From a virus: a stretch of 64,000 bases of DNA. The DNA lies in IMG/VR virus record IMGVR_UViG_3300046002_007411, positions 47,708 through 111,707 of that record; one strand, given 5' to 3'. The translations under genes were made by a program, and so were the position numbers. Positions 18,770-27,958 of this stretch are shown here, one piece after another. The stretch's first letter is position 1; each line of letters begins with the position of its first letter. The notes beneath the pieces were generated by a model, which made no database searches, was not told where the DNA came from, and saw only the letters and a list, made by a program, of their open reading frames with translations.

Positions 18770-19646
18770 GTGATGACTCCTGATAAAACAAACTACTGTT
18801 TGGCGCCGCGACAAGATTGCGAAAAATCAACACTTCCATGGCTTTCTTGGCTTCAAAGCCTGTTTGTGTTTTTTTACGACGCCCTGCTGTATATGTCACA
18901 GGTATTTTTACCACGTGCGCTTGCACTTTGTCAAAGAATCCGTCGCCGCTATCACGATTGCACAACCAAAAATTATCATTTTGTTCCACAGTTTTTACAA
19001 GCTTTTCCAGCTCAATATCTGGAAATGGTTGATTGTAATCAGCAAAACTATCGCGATAGGGAGGATCACAAAACACAAAGTCACAAATAGGAACTTGGCT
19101 CCAATCACCTGACGTAATATGAACTTGTCGTTGTGTTAATGCATCGTGCCATGCTTGCAAGTTATCGGGATCATATACTTGAGTTTCTGTAAGCAAGCCA
19201 CAAGGCGTGCCATAGCGATTGTTGGTGTTTTTGTTGATTTGCCAAATGCCGTTAAATCCTGTGCGCATGAGAAAATACAACACAGCAGCTTGCTGAGTTT
19301 TTGACCACTTTTCCCAATCCCATGCATGTTCTTCACGAACTTTATAATAATATGCACGGCGCTGGTCATAGTTGCCTTGCAGATATTCCTGACTATGCTG
19401 TTGTAAACAATCGCAAAAATCTTGGAAATCGCTAACAATACTCTGATAGATGTTGATTATGTCGCTGTTGATATCGTTAATCCAGACTTCCTGTGGATTG
19501 TATTTTTCAATCACATGAGCAAACATAGCCCCGCCACCAAAAAATGGCTCACTGTAAGTCTTGATAGGAGCAGCTGGCATATAAGGTTGGTAGTATTTGA
19601 GCATTTTGCTCTTGCCACCAGCCCATTTAAACAATGGTTTAATCAA
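18762..19646 (-). CDS. DNA adenine methyltransferase (Dam/D12 family)
   Basis: KWAGGK, EPFFGGGA, INDIN, GFNG and DPPY motifs. Confidence 0.92.
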   Translation of the reverse strand: MIKPLFKWAGGKSKMLKYYQPYMPAAPIKTYSEPFFGGGAMFAHVIEKYNPQEVWINDINSDIINIYQSIVSDFQDFCDCLQQHSQEYLQGNYDQRRAYYYKVREEHAWDWEKWSKTQQAAVLYFLMRTGFNGIWQINKNTNNRYGTPCGLLTETQVYDPDNLQAWHDALTQRQVHITSGDWSQVPICDFVFCDPPYRDSFADYNQPFPDIELEKLVKTVEQNDNFWLCNRDSGDGFFDKVQAHVVKIPVTYTAGRRKKTQTGFEAKKAMEVLIFRNLVAAPNSSLFYQESSHG

Positions 19647-20176
19647 AGGGTAATCGCCTGTTTCATGATGTTATACAGCTCTTGGTCTGTGAAACCCTGT
19701 TCTTGCCCGTGAAAACTTGTGCCTGTTGCATGAGTTACATTCCAAACAACTGGCTTGCCTTCACAAGCCAAGGCAAAGCTTAACCCTTTATACATGCTAT
19801 TATGCTCTTGAACACCTGGGCCACTGCAAAATGTAACATATCTTGCTTGTGGTGCCAACACATGAGCTATCCAGCGATTCATATACCATCGCTCGTGTGC
19901 GTTGCCCACTGCTCCTTGTTTTTTGCCTTCAAAAATAGCAACGATTTGGTTTTTGCTGTTATACCAAATACCACCATCCGGCTGGCAGCTGGCAAGGCCT
20001 CCGGGAATGTCCCGGGACAAAAACTTATTCACACGTCTGTAACCCTGTGGGGCTAGTTCCTGGGACAAAATCTTGCTAATATGCCGCATTCCGCGATCTA
20101 AAGCATGGCTCTGTGAGTCATATGCAGTAGTGCCTTTTTTGATACCTCCTTGAAATCCGTGGGTTCTCTGGCTCAT
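19643..20176 (-). CDS. Type II restriction endonuclease-like protein (EcoRI/MunI fold)
   Basis: QPDGGI...FEGKKQG..GNAHER parallels EcoRI PDGG..EAKHQG..GNAIER and MunI GNAHER; stop overlaps the MTase start. Confidence 0.75.
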   Translation of the reverse strand: MSQRTHGFQGGIKKGTTAYDSQSHALDRGMRHISKILSQELAPQGYRRVNKFLSRDIPGGLASCQPDGGIWYNSKNQIVAIFEGKKQGAVGNAHERWYMNRWIAHVLAPQARYVTFCSGPGVQEHNSMYKGLSFALACEGKPVVWNVTHATGTSFHGQEQGFTDQELYNIMKQAITL

Positions 20177-20207
20177 ATAAAATCCTTGGTTCGCATGCTG
20201 TTGTCTT

Positions 20208-20235
20208 ACAATATATACTGTCAGATCAATGTCAA
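20208..20235 (-). promoter_or_regulatory. Sigma70-type promoter for the REase-MTase operon
   Basis: TTGACA-N16-TATTGT on the minus strand. Confidence 0.6.
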
Positions 20236-20245
20236 CATATAAAGC

Positions 20246-20620
20246 ATGGGCCGGCCGTTAAATCCTCGTTATTTTGGTGTTCCACGGGGACAACCTGTGC
20301 TGCTGCCAGTTGTACGCCTACATGACAAAGTTCAAGCTGCATGGATAGTTAATCAAACCAACAAACACAGCTATATTTGTCGACAAACACTGTCAGGTAG
20401 TCAGGGGCTTTGCAAGCTGGCAAACAATCTAGATCACAATGGCAACATGCTCTTGCGATTTCAAGATCCTCATGATCAAATATTTTATTGCAGTAGAATA
20501 ACCAACTTGTTTGTTTGGGATTTCCATGGTCAAAAATATCCCTGGACTTTTCATGCCCATCTTGTAAATCCACAGCAATCTTATGTTTGTATTATTGATG
20601 CTGTAATGAACTATAAATAA
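20246..20620 (+). CDS. Hypothetical protein; short paralog of 20678..21775
   Basis: N-terminus MGRPLNPRYFG vs MGRPINKKFIG. Confidence 0.7.
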   Translation: MGRPLNPRYFGVPRGQPVLLPVVRLHDKVQAAWIVNQTNKHSYICRQTLSGSQGLCKLANNLDHNGNMLLRFQDPHDQIFYCSRITNLFVWDFHGQKYPWTFHAHLVNPQQSYVCIIDAVMNYK

Positions 20621-20677
20621 CCCAAACAACTATTATGCGGTCCAACCGCGTAGCCTTGAAAGGCAAAGGAGAAAACA

Positions 20678-21775
20678 ATGGGACGCCCGATTAACAAGAA
20701 GTTTATAGGTAATACTGGTGTTACAGGCCAACAGATAGCTGCAACAGCTTGGATTCCTGGCCAAGGAGCGCCTTATACCGATGCATATATTACTCGACAA
20801 ACAGGCACAGGACGTTATGTCATGCGTGCCAATGCCGGTGTAGCAAGTGGTCAAGTCAGCTTGGTCAATGGTGCCCTTACAACAGCAGGACAAGCAAACA
20901 TCGTGGTTACCCCATGGGGCGCGGGCGGTAGCGGAGCCACAGTGGCAGCACGCCTAGGACTAGGGGCTGTAGCTGTAAACTTGGCTGGAAAAGGTCCTGT
21001 CGGCGATAGTTATTTGCCTAGCGAAAAACTCAGTGTTATTGGCGGGACAAGCACAGCAACTGGCAACGTTACAGTCAATAGTGTTAAAATTGGCAACGTC
21101 ACAACACAAAACGCAGGCACTGGTTACGGTACTAACAGCTACTTGATTTTCAGTGGCACTGATTGGACTACCTCAGGGAATGTTCAAGTAGCAACTATTG
21201 GCGGCGGGGGCGCCATTACGGGATTAACAATAATAAATGCCGGCGTATTTGTGGGCACATCTTTGCCGGGAACTGGCGGTCTTAGTGTTGCACCAACAAG
21301 TGTAATAGGAACACAAGGTAGCAATGCTACATTGAACTTCCGCTTTGATATCAACGGCATTAGTGTAACTGATACTGGTGTTTACAGTGTAATCCCCAGC
21401 AATCCCATAGCCCTTGCTGCCAGTGCAGAAGGTGGTGCAGGAGCAAATGTCAACGTAACTTGGTCCGTTACACAAGTTGCAGTAACTTATGCAGGTGATG
21501 GTCTTTACACCGCAGCAGATGTGGACTTTGAAACAGGCGCAGCAGCAGCTACAGCCACAGTGTCACAGGGTAACATCAGTGCTGTGACCGTTACTGCTGG
21601 TGGAACTTATAGTGCCGTTCCCAACGTTAGCATAAGTGGATCAACATCAAAAGAATATGCTGCTGTTATTTTTGATAACACTGTTAGAACATTTACAAAT
21701 AACAGAACATATGATTGGAAGTTTGAAGGAATACCTTTGACAGCACCTGGCCAAGCAACTATCCAAAGCGACTAA
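20678..21775 (+). CDS. Virion structural protein with Gly/Thr/Val-rich beta repeats
   Basis: TATAAATA promoter; AAGGAG RBS; repeated I/V-x-x-I/V-T...G.Y motifs; terminator follows. Confidence 0.75.
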   Translation: MGRPINKKFIGNTGVTGQQIAATAWIPGQGAPYTDAYITRQTGTGRYVMRANAGVASGQVSLVNGALTTAGQANIVVTPWGAGGSGATVAARLGLGAVAVNLAGKGPVGDSYLPSEKLSVIGGTSTATGNVTVNSVKIGNVTTQNAGTGYGTNSYLIFSGTDWTTSGNVQVATIGGGGAITGLTIINAGVFVGTSLPGTGGLSVAPTSVIGTQGSNATLNFRFDINGISVTDTGVYSVIPSNPIALAASAEGGAGANVNVTWSVTQVAVTYAGDGLYTAADVDFETGAAAATATVSQGNISAVTVTAGGTYSAVPNVSISGSTSKEYAAVIFDNTVRTFTNNRTYDWKFEGIPLTAPGQATIQSD

Positions 21776-21816
21776 AGCTTTACTTGTTTTTTACTTGTTA
21801 AAACAAGTACAGACTC

Positions 21817-21855
21817 CACAATGCCCTGATAGCAATATCAGGGCATTGTGTTTTT
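21817..21855. terminator. Rho-independent terminator between convergent genes
   Basis: cacaatgccctgata-gcaa-tatcagggcattgtg followed by a T tract. Confidence 0.85.
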
Positions 21856-22354
21856 AAAACAAATGTTTAATATCTAATACTTCGGGAATTTTAGCTAGGT
21901 CTTTTACAAAAAAAGCACAAGCAGGATCACGTCCATCTTGCAAGGGCACTGCTAAAATATTAGCTGTTTTCAGCTTGGGACAAAACCATTTGACATCAGG
22001 CCAAACATTGATAACGTCCACGGTGTGAAACTTGGGTATATATCCTGTCAAAGGATTAAAACAAAAAGATTGGAAATCTTTGTCCATGAGATACAACAAA
22101 CTGACTATTTCCAAATCACCTATTTCAGGATCTCCAATAACCAAATGCCAATCTAGTGGCATTTGGCATTGATAGGGCCCTATTTGCAAATCCACGCTGG
22201 GTGAAACAAAGCTTTCCAAAAACACCAAGGGATGCCAATAATAGTCAATGTTTTTGTTGTCGCTGTAATCTAACACACAAAAGTTAAGATCCACGCCTTG
22301 GTCAGGTAAGTGGTTGACGTTCAAGCTCTGATTGTCGCTGGTAAGTATTTTCAC
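21854..22354 (-). CDS. Hypothetical phage protein
   Basis: Likely start GTG 22354 (MKILTSDN), just downstream of TAAATA. Confidence 0.75.
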   Translation of the reverse strand: MKILTSDNQSLNVNHLPDQGVDLNFCVLDYSDNKNIDYYWHPLVFLESFVSPSVDLQIGPYQCQMPLDWHLVIGDPEIGDLEIVSLLYLMDKDFQSFCFNPLTGYIPKFHTVDVINVWPDVKWFCPKLKTANILAVPLQDGRDPACAFFVKDLAKIPEVLDIKHLF

Positions 22355-22373
22355 GCAGTATTTACTGGTGATG

Positions 22374-23828
22374 TCAGTAGTTTTCCTTGGTAAGTGCATG
22401 AGGATACTGCACTTTTTTATAATGTTGCTGGCGTTTTAGCATGTGCCTATGGCTGAACTTCATTTTACTGCAAATGTCATATATATCGACATGATCTTTA
22501 TCGTCAGCTTTGCGTAACCCTCGACCAATACTTTGGATCACACGCACAAAGCTCTTGCCGGGCTCAATCAACACAAGATTGAAAATGCGATTGATGCTAA
22601 TACCCACAGCAGTTGTGCCATACGTTGCAATCATCACAGCGTTGTCGCTGAGATTGATTTCTTTATAGTGCTCACGCCGATCGGAACTTTTCATTTCTCC
22701 ACTGATAAATGTGCTGTCGGCTATGAGATTATGTAAAGCAGTGCCTGTTGCAATGCGATCTACTAGAACAAGAGTGTTGCCTGTTGCACTGATAGTTTTT
22801 ACAAAATCTGATACCCATTTCAATCTATCATTGTTGGTAAGGAGAAACTTCAGCTCGCTTTGATAGTCTTGGTAAACTTGTGTTTCTTGAGTTTGATGTA
22901 CATGAACTTGACATTGTGCCAAATGCCCGGCATCTTGCAAGTCTCTTGCTTGTAGTTGGCCAATTAAAGGCCCAATGGCTGTAAACAAGCTCATTTGATT
23001 ATACTCAGCTTCAGGCACAGTGCCTGTCAATCCCCAACGAATAGGAATATTGCTGAAAGTTGTGGTTAAGAGTCGATGTAACACTCCTAAATCTTTTACC
23101 CCGTGGCACTCATCCACAATCACAGCCACTTGCTGGTCCAGGAACACTGCCAGCTGATCGTCATCTAGGGCGTCTTTGTTTTTCTTGTCTAGAACATTGA
23201 GACTTTGCCATGTGCAAATAGTATGTTGCCGATCAAACTCCTTGCGATCACCAAATATTACACCAACATTCAAACCCACGTTTTGATAATCTTCCAGTGT
23301 TTGTTCCACAAGATTTTTGTTGGGAACAATCACAATAGTCCTACCAATGTGTTCCACACGTCGACTCAGTGTGGCAGTGACAATGGTTTTTCCCGAGCTA
23401 GTGGGCGCAATAATCAATCCCTGGGGATTGGCAAGACATTCGTTTACCAACTGAACTTGATAATCACGTAGCACAATGGGCTCACCTTGAGCTCGATGCC
23501 CGGGTGGCCACATGCGATCACTTAGATAGGTATCATCAATAGCCGTGAGATCAAGATTATGTTTGTGACGGTCATCCACAATCTCAACATCATACCCTGC
23601 ATCAACCAAAATAGGCAGCAGTTTATCCAAGGCATTGAGATAGGTTTTACCGCCCAGTGTGCAAAAACTTGCACAACCATCCCATCGTCCTAATTTGAAG
23701 GCAGGACTGTATCTAGCGTGTGGCAGAAAATATTTCACAGAGTTAACAAGCTTGCGCCGATCTGTCAGCTCAACTTCCTGAATATGGACGTTGACTTCGT
23801 CCATGATATTAATGACTACAGTGTTCAT
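22374..23828 (-). CDS. uvsW: UvsW-like SF2 DNA helicase
   Basis: LRDYQ, APTSSGKT, IVDECHG, GLTGT and QSIGRGLR motifs. Confidence 0.93.
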   Translation of the reverse strand: MNTVVINIMDEVNVHIQEVELTDRRKLVNSVKYFLPHARYSPAFKLGRWDGCASFCTLGGKTYLNALDKLLPILVDAGYDVEIVDDRHKHNLDLTAIDDTYLSDRMWPPGHRAQGEPIVLRDYQVQLVNECLANPQGLIIAPTSSGKTIVTATLSRRVEHIGRTIVIVPNKNLVEQTLEDYQNVGLNVGVIFGDRKEFDRQHTICTWQSLNVLDKKNKDALDDDQLAVFLDQQVAVIVDECHGVKDLGVLHRLLTTTFSNIPIRWGLTGTVPEAEYNQMSLFTAIGPLIGQLQARDLQDAGHLAQCQVHVHQTQETQVYQDYQSELKFLLTNNDRLKWVSDFVKTISATGNTLVLVDRIATGTALHNLIADSTFISGEMKSSDRREHYKEINLSDNAVMIATYGTTAVGISINRIFNLVLIEPGKSFVRVIQSIGRGLRKADDKDHVDIYDICSKMKFSHRHMLKRQQHYKKVQYPHALTKENY

Positions 23829-24847
23829 GTTTTTCTCATGCAGTTTTTCTCGGCAAACTTCTGCCATCGCCCGGGCATGGCAGCACGCAAGTCGGCAATT
23901 TTGGTTACTGTGCGCAGGCTAAGCTCATGCAACCTATGTACGTTGTCTTTTACAAAATCCAAAATTTCCTTTTGCTCATCGTGAGAAAAGTCATAACTGC
24001 CCAAGAGGTTGTGCTTGTTGACTACATTGGTGATATGCAAAAGTTTTTCACGTGTGGTGTTGATGCCCAAATCCATGTAATGGCACCGACTCATGATTGC
24101 AGCAAGATGATTTTGAATCCTGGGGCTGCGAACTTGATCAAACTTGATATTGGTAATAAAAACAATACCACCGCGATATTCAAAACTGTTGGGAATGTCT
24201 TGTTTGACAAGATTTCTGTTTTGGCTGCCCCAGTGAATCATGCGTGTTTTACGACTATCAAGAGCAGCTTTGAGAACGTTCAAGCTGTCATCATCGTATA
24301 GCACACTGTCACAGTCGTCAAACACCAGCACTTGGCCTTCACCGCGATATTCCCAAAGTTTTTCATAAAGGCAAATACCCGACATGTCGCCGTGAATGCA
24401 TTCAAACAAGCTGCGATTTTGCATGGCTTGTTTGATTGCCAGTGCCCGATGCAAGCGATTTTCCACAGTGTGACTTTTGCCAATACCACTGGGACCGCTG
24501 ACTACAAGGCCTTTAACAATGTTGCTGGCAACAGCATCCGTCATTTCACCAAGGATTTCAAAAGTTTCATCAATGTCTTGTTGAATCTCTTGATCTGTTA
24601 GTTGGAGAATATTGGGATCTGTGTCTGCTGCAACAACCACCGGAGCACTCACGGGCTGATAATCATCAGCATGGTCGATGTAAAGACGGTTTTTTCCACG
24701 ACGTAGACCGTCGCTGCCGTTGCCCCAGACAACTAGAAACTTGCCGTTGTGATCGCGTTTGATGCCACCTTGCGTTTCCACTGTGACGTTTTGCACACAA
24801 CTGCCGTTGCCCAGTCTACCTTGTTTAACAAGCACGTAGCTCTTCAT
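23825..24847 (-). CDS. AAA-family ATPase
   Basis: Walker A SGPSGIGKS; Walker B VLVFDDCD; FITN; SR; likely start ATG 24847. Confidence 0.85.
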   Translation of the reverse strand: MKSYVLVKQGRLGNGSCVQNVTVETQGGIKRDHNGKFLVVWGNGSDGLRRGKNRLYIDHADDYQPVSAPVVVAADTDPNILQLTDQEIQQDIDETFEILGEMTDAVASNIVKGLVVSGPSGIGKSHTVENRLHRALAIKQAMQNRSLFECIHGDMSGICLYEKLWEYRGEGQVLVFDDCDSVLYDDDSLNVLKAALDSRKTRMIHWGSQNRNLVKQDIPNSFEYRGGIVFITNIKFDQVRSPRIQNHLAAIMSRCHYMDLGINTTREKLLHITNVVNKHNLLGSYDFSHDEQKEILDFVKDNVHRLHELSLRTVTKIADLRAAMPGRWQKFAEKNCMRKT

Positions 24848-24875
24848 TGTCAACCTTGTTTGCAATTTGACCTTC

Positions 24876-24903
24876 ACTATAACATATGTTTAGGGGTTGT
24901 CAA
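24876..24903 (-). promoter_or_regulatory. Sigma70-type promoter for the ATPase-uvsW operon
   Basis: TTGACA-N16-TATAGT. Confidence 0.7.
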
Positions 24904-24909
24904 ACAAAA

Positions 24910-25362
24910 TTAAAGTTTGACGTCTTCGATTCCAATACTGCGCAGCTTGACAATATTGTTGATTTGCCAGCTTTTGGCTTCAAATCCCTTCATGAGGCCA
25001 AGATACTTGTTGCGAATTAAAGCAACTTCACAGATTAATGTATTCATATCCACAAGACTGGATTCGCCATCTAGATATTTTTCAATACTGCGATCACTTA
25101 AATCACGATTATAGCGTTCAAGATATTTCCTATACAAGTCACTGCGCATTTTATCATATCGTATATTGATATATTTCAAAATGCTTTCCAAGTCTTGTAG
25201 TTGGGTAAATCTATAAGTTACATGCCCACTTAAATCTTGGGCTGCTTTTTCCAAACTTCCCGAAATACGAGTTTCTTTTTGTGCTTGTTCAAATTCTTGG
25301 CTGTAATACTCCACAGCCAGAGCCACTGAGGCTAAATCTGCAACTACTTGGGTGTAGTACAC
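24910..25362 (-). CDS. uvsY: Recombination mediator UvsY-like
   Basis: Helical 150 aa ending KGFEAKSWQINNIVKLR; located near uvsX and uvsW. Confidence 0.8.
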   Translation of the reverse strand: MYYTQVVADLASVALAVEYYSQEFEQAQKETRISGSLEKAAQDLSGHVTYRFTQLQDLESILKYINIRYDKMRSDLYRKYLERYNRDLSDRSIEKYLDGESSLVDMNTLICEVALIRNKYLGLMKGFEAKSWQINNIVKLRSIGIEDVKL

Positions 25363-25368
25363 AGACTT

Positions 25369-25593
25369 TTACTCTTCCCACTCTTCTTCTGACTCTTCTT
25401 GATCTAATTCAAGAACTCCGGCAATAGCCTCATCTAGAGCTTGATCTTCACCGAGAATATCTTCAAACCAAGCTTCATCTGCCCCGGCATCAACAAATGC
25501 AGTGACAAGATCTTCCACAGCTTGGGCTTTTTTATTGGCTGGAACAAACTCTTGAAGCAGGTCCCAAATTTCTAAAACTACACTAGCTTGCAT
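25369..25593 (-). CDS. Small acidic hypothetical protein
   Basis: GAGGAG RBS before ATG 25593. Confidence 0.75.
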   Translation of the reverse strand: MQASVVLEIWDLLQEFVPANKKAQAVEDLVTAFVDAGADEAWFEDILGEDQALDEAIAGVLELDQEESEEEWEE

Positions 25594-25638
25594 GTTTATT
25601 TTGCTCCTCTTAGCTTGCAATATATTGTGTTAGTTATT

Positions 25639-25671
25639 GCTATGTCAACAGTGCCTGGCTGTTGACATAGC
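25639..25671. terminator. 13-bp hairpin after uvsX; both arms contain a TTGACA hexamer
   Basis: gctatgtcaacag-N7-ctgttgacatagc. Confidence 0.6.
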
Positions 25672-25679
25672 CAAACAGT

Positions 25680-26756
25680 TTATTCTTGCTCAACTTCCGG
25701 GAGTGCTAGAGATTTAGCTGGATCTATTTTGCGATAAAATTCATCCATAACTCGATCCAAACAATCGTCTTCGTTACGATTCCATGCTTTTTCAAACTTC
25801 TTGATTTGAGTTCCGTCAACGCATGTGTAGTTCCATTTGTTGCCTTCTTTCACAAGAAGTCCTTTTTGCACAAATAGGTCACATAGACCGCTGTAGGGAT
25901 CCATGCCACGATCATAAGGGATTTTTATTTCCACTTGCTCGAATGGCTTGTTGTATCGCGTTTTCATTATTTTGCATTGTGCGCGAATGCCTTTTACATC
26001 GGTAGTTTTGTTGCCGTCCTCATCTTCCTTGAGCTTGAGCTTGCGCATGGCTAGCACAATGCTGCTGGCATATATAGGCCCTTGACCACCCGAGATCACA
26101 TCGTCAGGGTTAAACATGTCTTGGCTGGCATAACTGTGGTTGGTGCAAACCATGCCAATGTCATACTCGCCAAACATGTTCACACAGTTGCGCACCAGTG
26201 CTGCCAGTGCCTTGGGCTTGCGACCCATGTCGCCCTTGAGATCACCAGCTTCAAACTGATTAACATCTGTTGGTGTAAGCATCATGCCCAAGCTGTCAAT
26301 CACAAACAACACGCGAGGCCGTTCTTCTTCAGTAACTGCGCCGTATTGTGTCTTGTAGTCTTTCATAAAATCACTTATCAACCTGGCAACGTCATCAATC
26401 ATGGCAACGTTTACCTTTAAAAGTGAATGTTCACTAGTGTCAACGTCCAATGCTTTAAGCCAGGATTCATCAAGTGCGTTTTCAGTATCAATCAACACCA
26501 CAAACACGTCTTTTTTCTGTGCGTTGGATGTGATGTTGCCTGATGCCAAAAAGCTTTTTCCTGAACCACTTTGGCCACCTAGCATGGTAACTTTACCCAG
26601 CGGAATTCCACCTTCACGGAATCTACCGCTAATTGCATAGTTTAATGCATAGTTTCCTGTGGAGATCCACACTTTGGGATCACGAAATCCCAAACTAATA
26701 CCATCAATATTTTTTGTAATATCTCGGCGAAGTTTAGATAGATCCATTGGTTTCAT
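25680..26756 (-). CDS. uvsX: RecA-like recombinase UvsX
   Basis: ISTGNYALN, GQSGSGKS, IDTENA, VIDSLG, SGGQG and KTRY motifs. Confidence 0.95.
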   Translation of the reverse strand: MKPMDLSKLRRDITKNIDGISLGFRDPKVWISTGNYALNYAISGRFREGGIPLGKVTMLGGQSGSGKSFLASGNITSNAQKKDVFVVLIDTENALDESWLKALDVDTSEHSLLKVNVAMIDDVARLISDFMKDYKTQYGAVTEEERPRVLFVIDSLGMMLTPTDVNQFEAGDLKGDMGRKPKALAALVRNCVNMFGEYDIGMVCTNHSYASQDMFNPDDVISGGQGPIYASSIVLAMRKLKLKEDEDGNKTTDVKGIRAQCKIMKTRYNKPFEQVEIKIPYDRGMDPYSGLCDLFVQKGLLVKEGNKWNYTCVDGTQIKKFEKAWNRNEDDCLDRVMDEFYRKIDPAKSLALPEVEQE

Positions 26757-26778
26757 GTCATATCATCCTTGATAGGTA

Positions 26779-26811
26779 GAGCAAGACTGATATTAACTAT
26801 CAGTCTTGCTC
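26779..26811. terminator. 14-bp hairpin between ssb and uvsX
   Basis: gagcaagactgata-ttaac-tatcagtcttgctc. Confidence 0.65.
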
Positions 26812-26826
26812 AGTTTCCGCTATTGC

Positions 26827-27840
26827 TTATTTGTTTTGTTGGCGAGCTCTAATAGCAGCCAAGATGTCCTCGGGGCTAGTAGACTTGCCAGCTGGGCGTG
26901 GTGTGCTTTCCACAGTTTCTTCCCAGGGTGGGGTTGCAGTTTCCTGCTGTGGTTTGCTTGCTGCTGGCGTTGGCTGAGGAACATTGCGAACTTGAACTGG
27001 TTTTGTAGTAGAAGCGCCGTCCTGATCATTGTCAGTAACACGCATGCCAGTTGGTTTGAAATAGTTACCCCAGCGCTCGGGATCATATGGTTGTTCTTCA
27101 ACACTGGCTTGGAACATTTCCATAATCACTCGCAGTCCGTCTTCATCAGGACGCTTGGGCAAGAAGCTGGAAAGATTATACAATCCATGCTGTTCAATAG
27201 CCAGGCGTTCTACATCACCAAGTGGACGTTCTTTCATAGCCCATGAGCTGCTTGCATAGTTTGCAAAACTACCTTTTGTGGTCTTTGTGAGATAAAAATC
27301 TCTACCATGCTCGTAGTCAGTTGGTGAGTATTCAAGATCTGGACGCAGCAAAATCCCCTTGATCATGTCAAAAATGCTGGGATTAATTACCAACCTACGA
27401 ATGGGATTTTCTGGTGTGGAATCTTCCTTGTTGGGGTTGTTGGGGACAAAACCTTGAAACAGATAGCTCTTTTTGCGATAATATTTGCGAGCCATGTCAA
27501 CAAGACTTTCGTCTTTCCACCAAGGACGGATTTCTGCGTTAATAGGGCAGCTACCGGGCTTCCACATATCCACGCTGGGAACTTGAACATCACAAGGCTT
27601 GCTATCAGCTTGCCCTTTAACTCCACGGAACGGCAGCTTGATAATCAGTCGCTCAACCCAAAAGTAGTCGTTGTTGACATCACCATCGGGAAGATAACGA
27701 ATTGTTGCTGTGGACCCCTCGGGGTTGTTCCAAAAGGGATAAATCGCATTGTCACCTTGAAATTGACCTGTGCGAACTCGATCCTTTTTTGATTGTTCTT
27801 CAAGTAGACGTGCTTGAATTTCTTTTAAACTAAGTGCCAT
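26827..27840 (-). CDS. gp32: Single-stranded DNA-binding protein (gp32-like)
   Basis: ATIRYLPD, CPI, KKSYLFQG, GRDFYLTKT and ANYASS motifs; C-tail EDILAAIRAR. Confidence 0.9.
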   Translation of the reverse strand: MALSLKEIQARLLEEQSKKDRVRTGQFQGDNAIYPFWNNPEGSTATIRYLPDGDVNNDYFWVERLIIKLPFRGVKGQADSKPCDVQVPSVDMWKPGSCPINAEIRPWWKDESLVDMARKYYRKKSYLFQGFVPNNPNKEDSTPENPIRRLVINPSIFDMIKGILLRPDLEYSPTDYEHGRDFYLTKTTKGSFANYASSSWAMKERPLGDVERLAIEQHGLYNLSSFLPKRPDEDGLRVIMEMFQASVEEQPYDPERWGNYFKPTGMRVTDNDQDGASTTKPVQVRNVPQPTPAASKPQQETATPPWEETVESTPRPAGKSTSPEDILAAIRARQQNK

Positions 27841-27958
27841 TTGTGTGCCTTTCTGTGCCTATAATGTGTTTAGATCAAGACAAAATTTGTTTCTTTGTCT
27901 TGAACAACATTACTTATGCTGACACATGAAAGTCAATGCTTTTGACCTTATTAATTTT

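Noticed and set aside
21854-22354. Possible stand-alone Hint/intein-like fold
   Set aside because: Only a vague beta-strand pattern; no N-terminal Cys/Ser or C-terminal His-Asn; cannot be supported without structure prediction.
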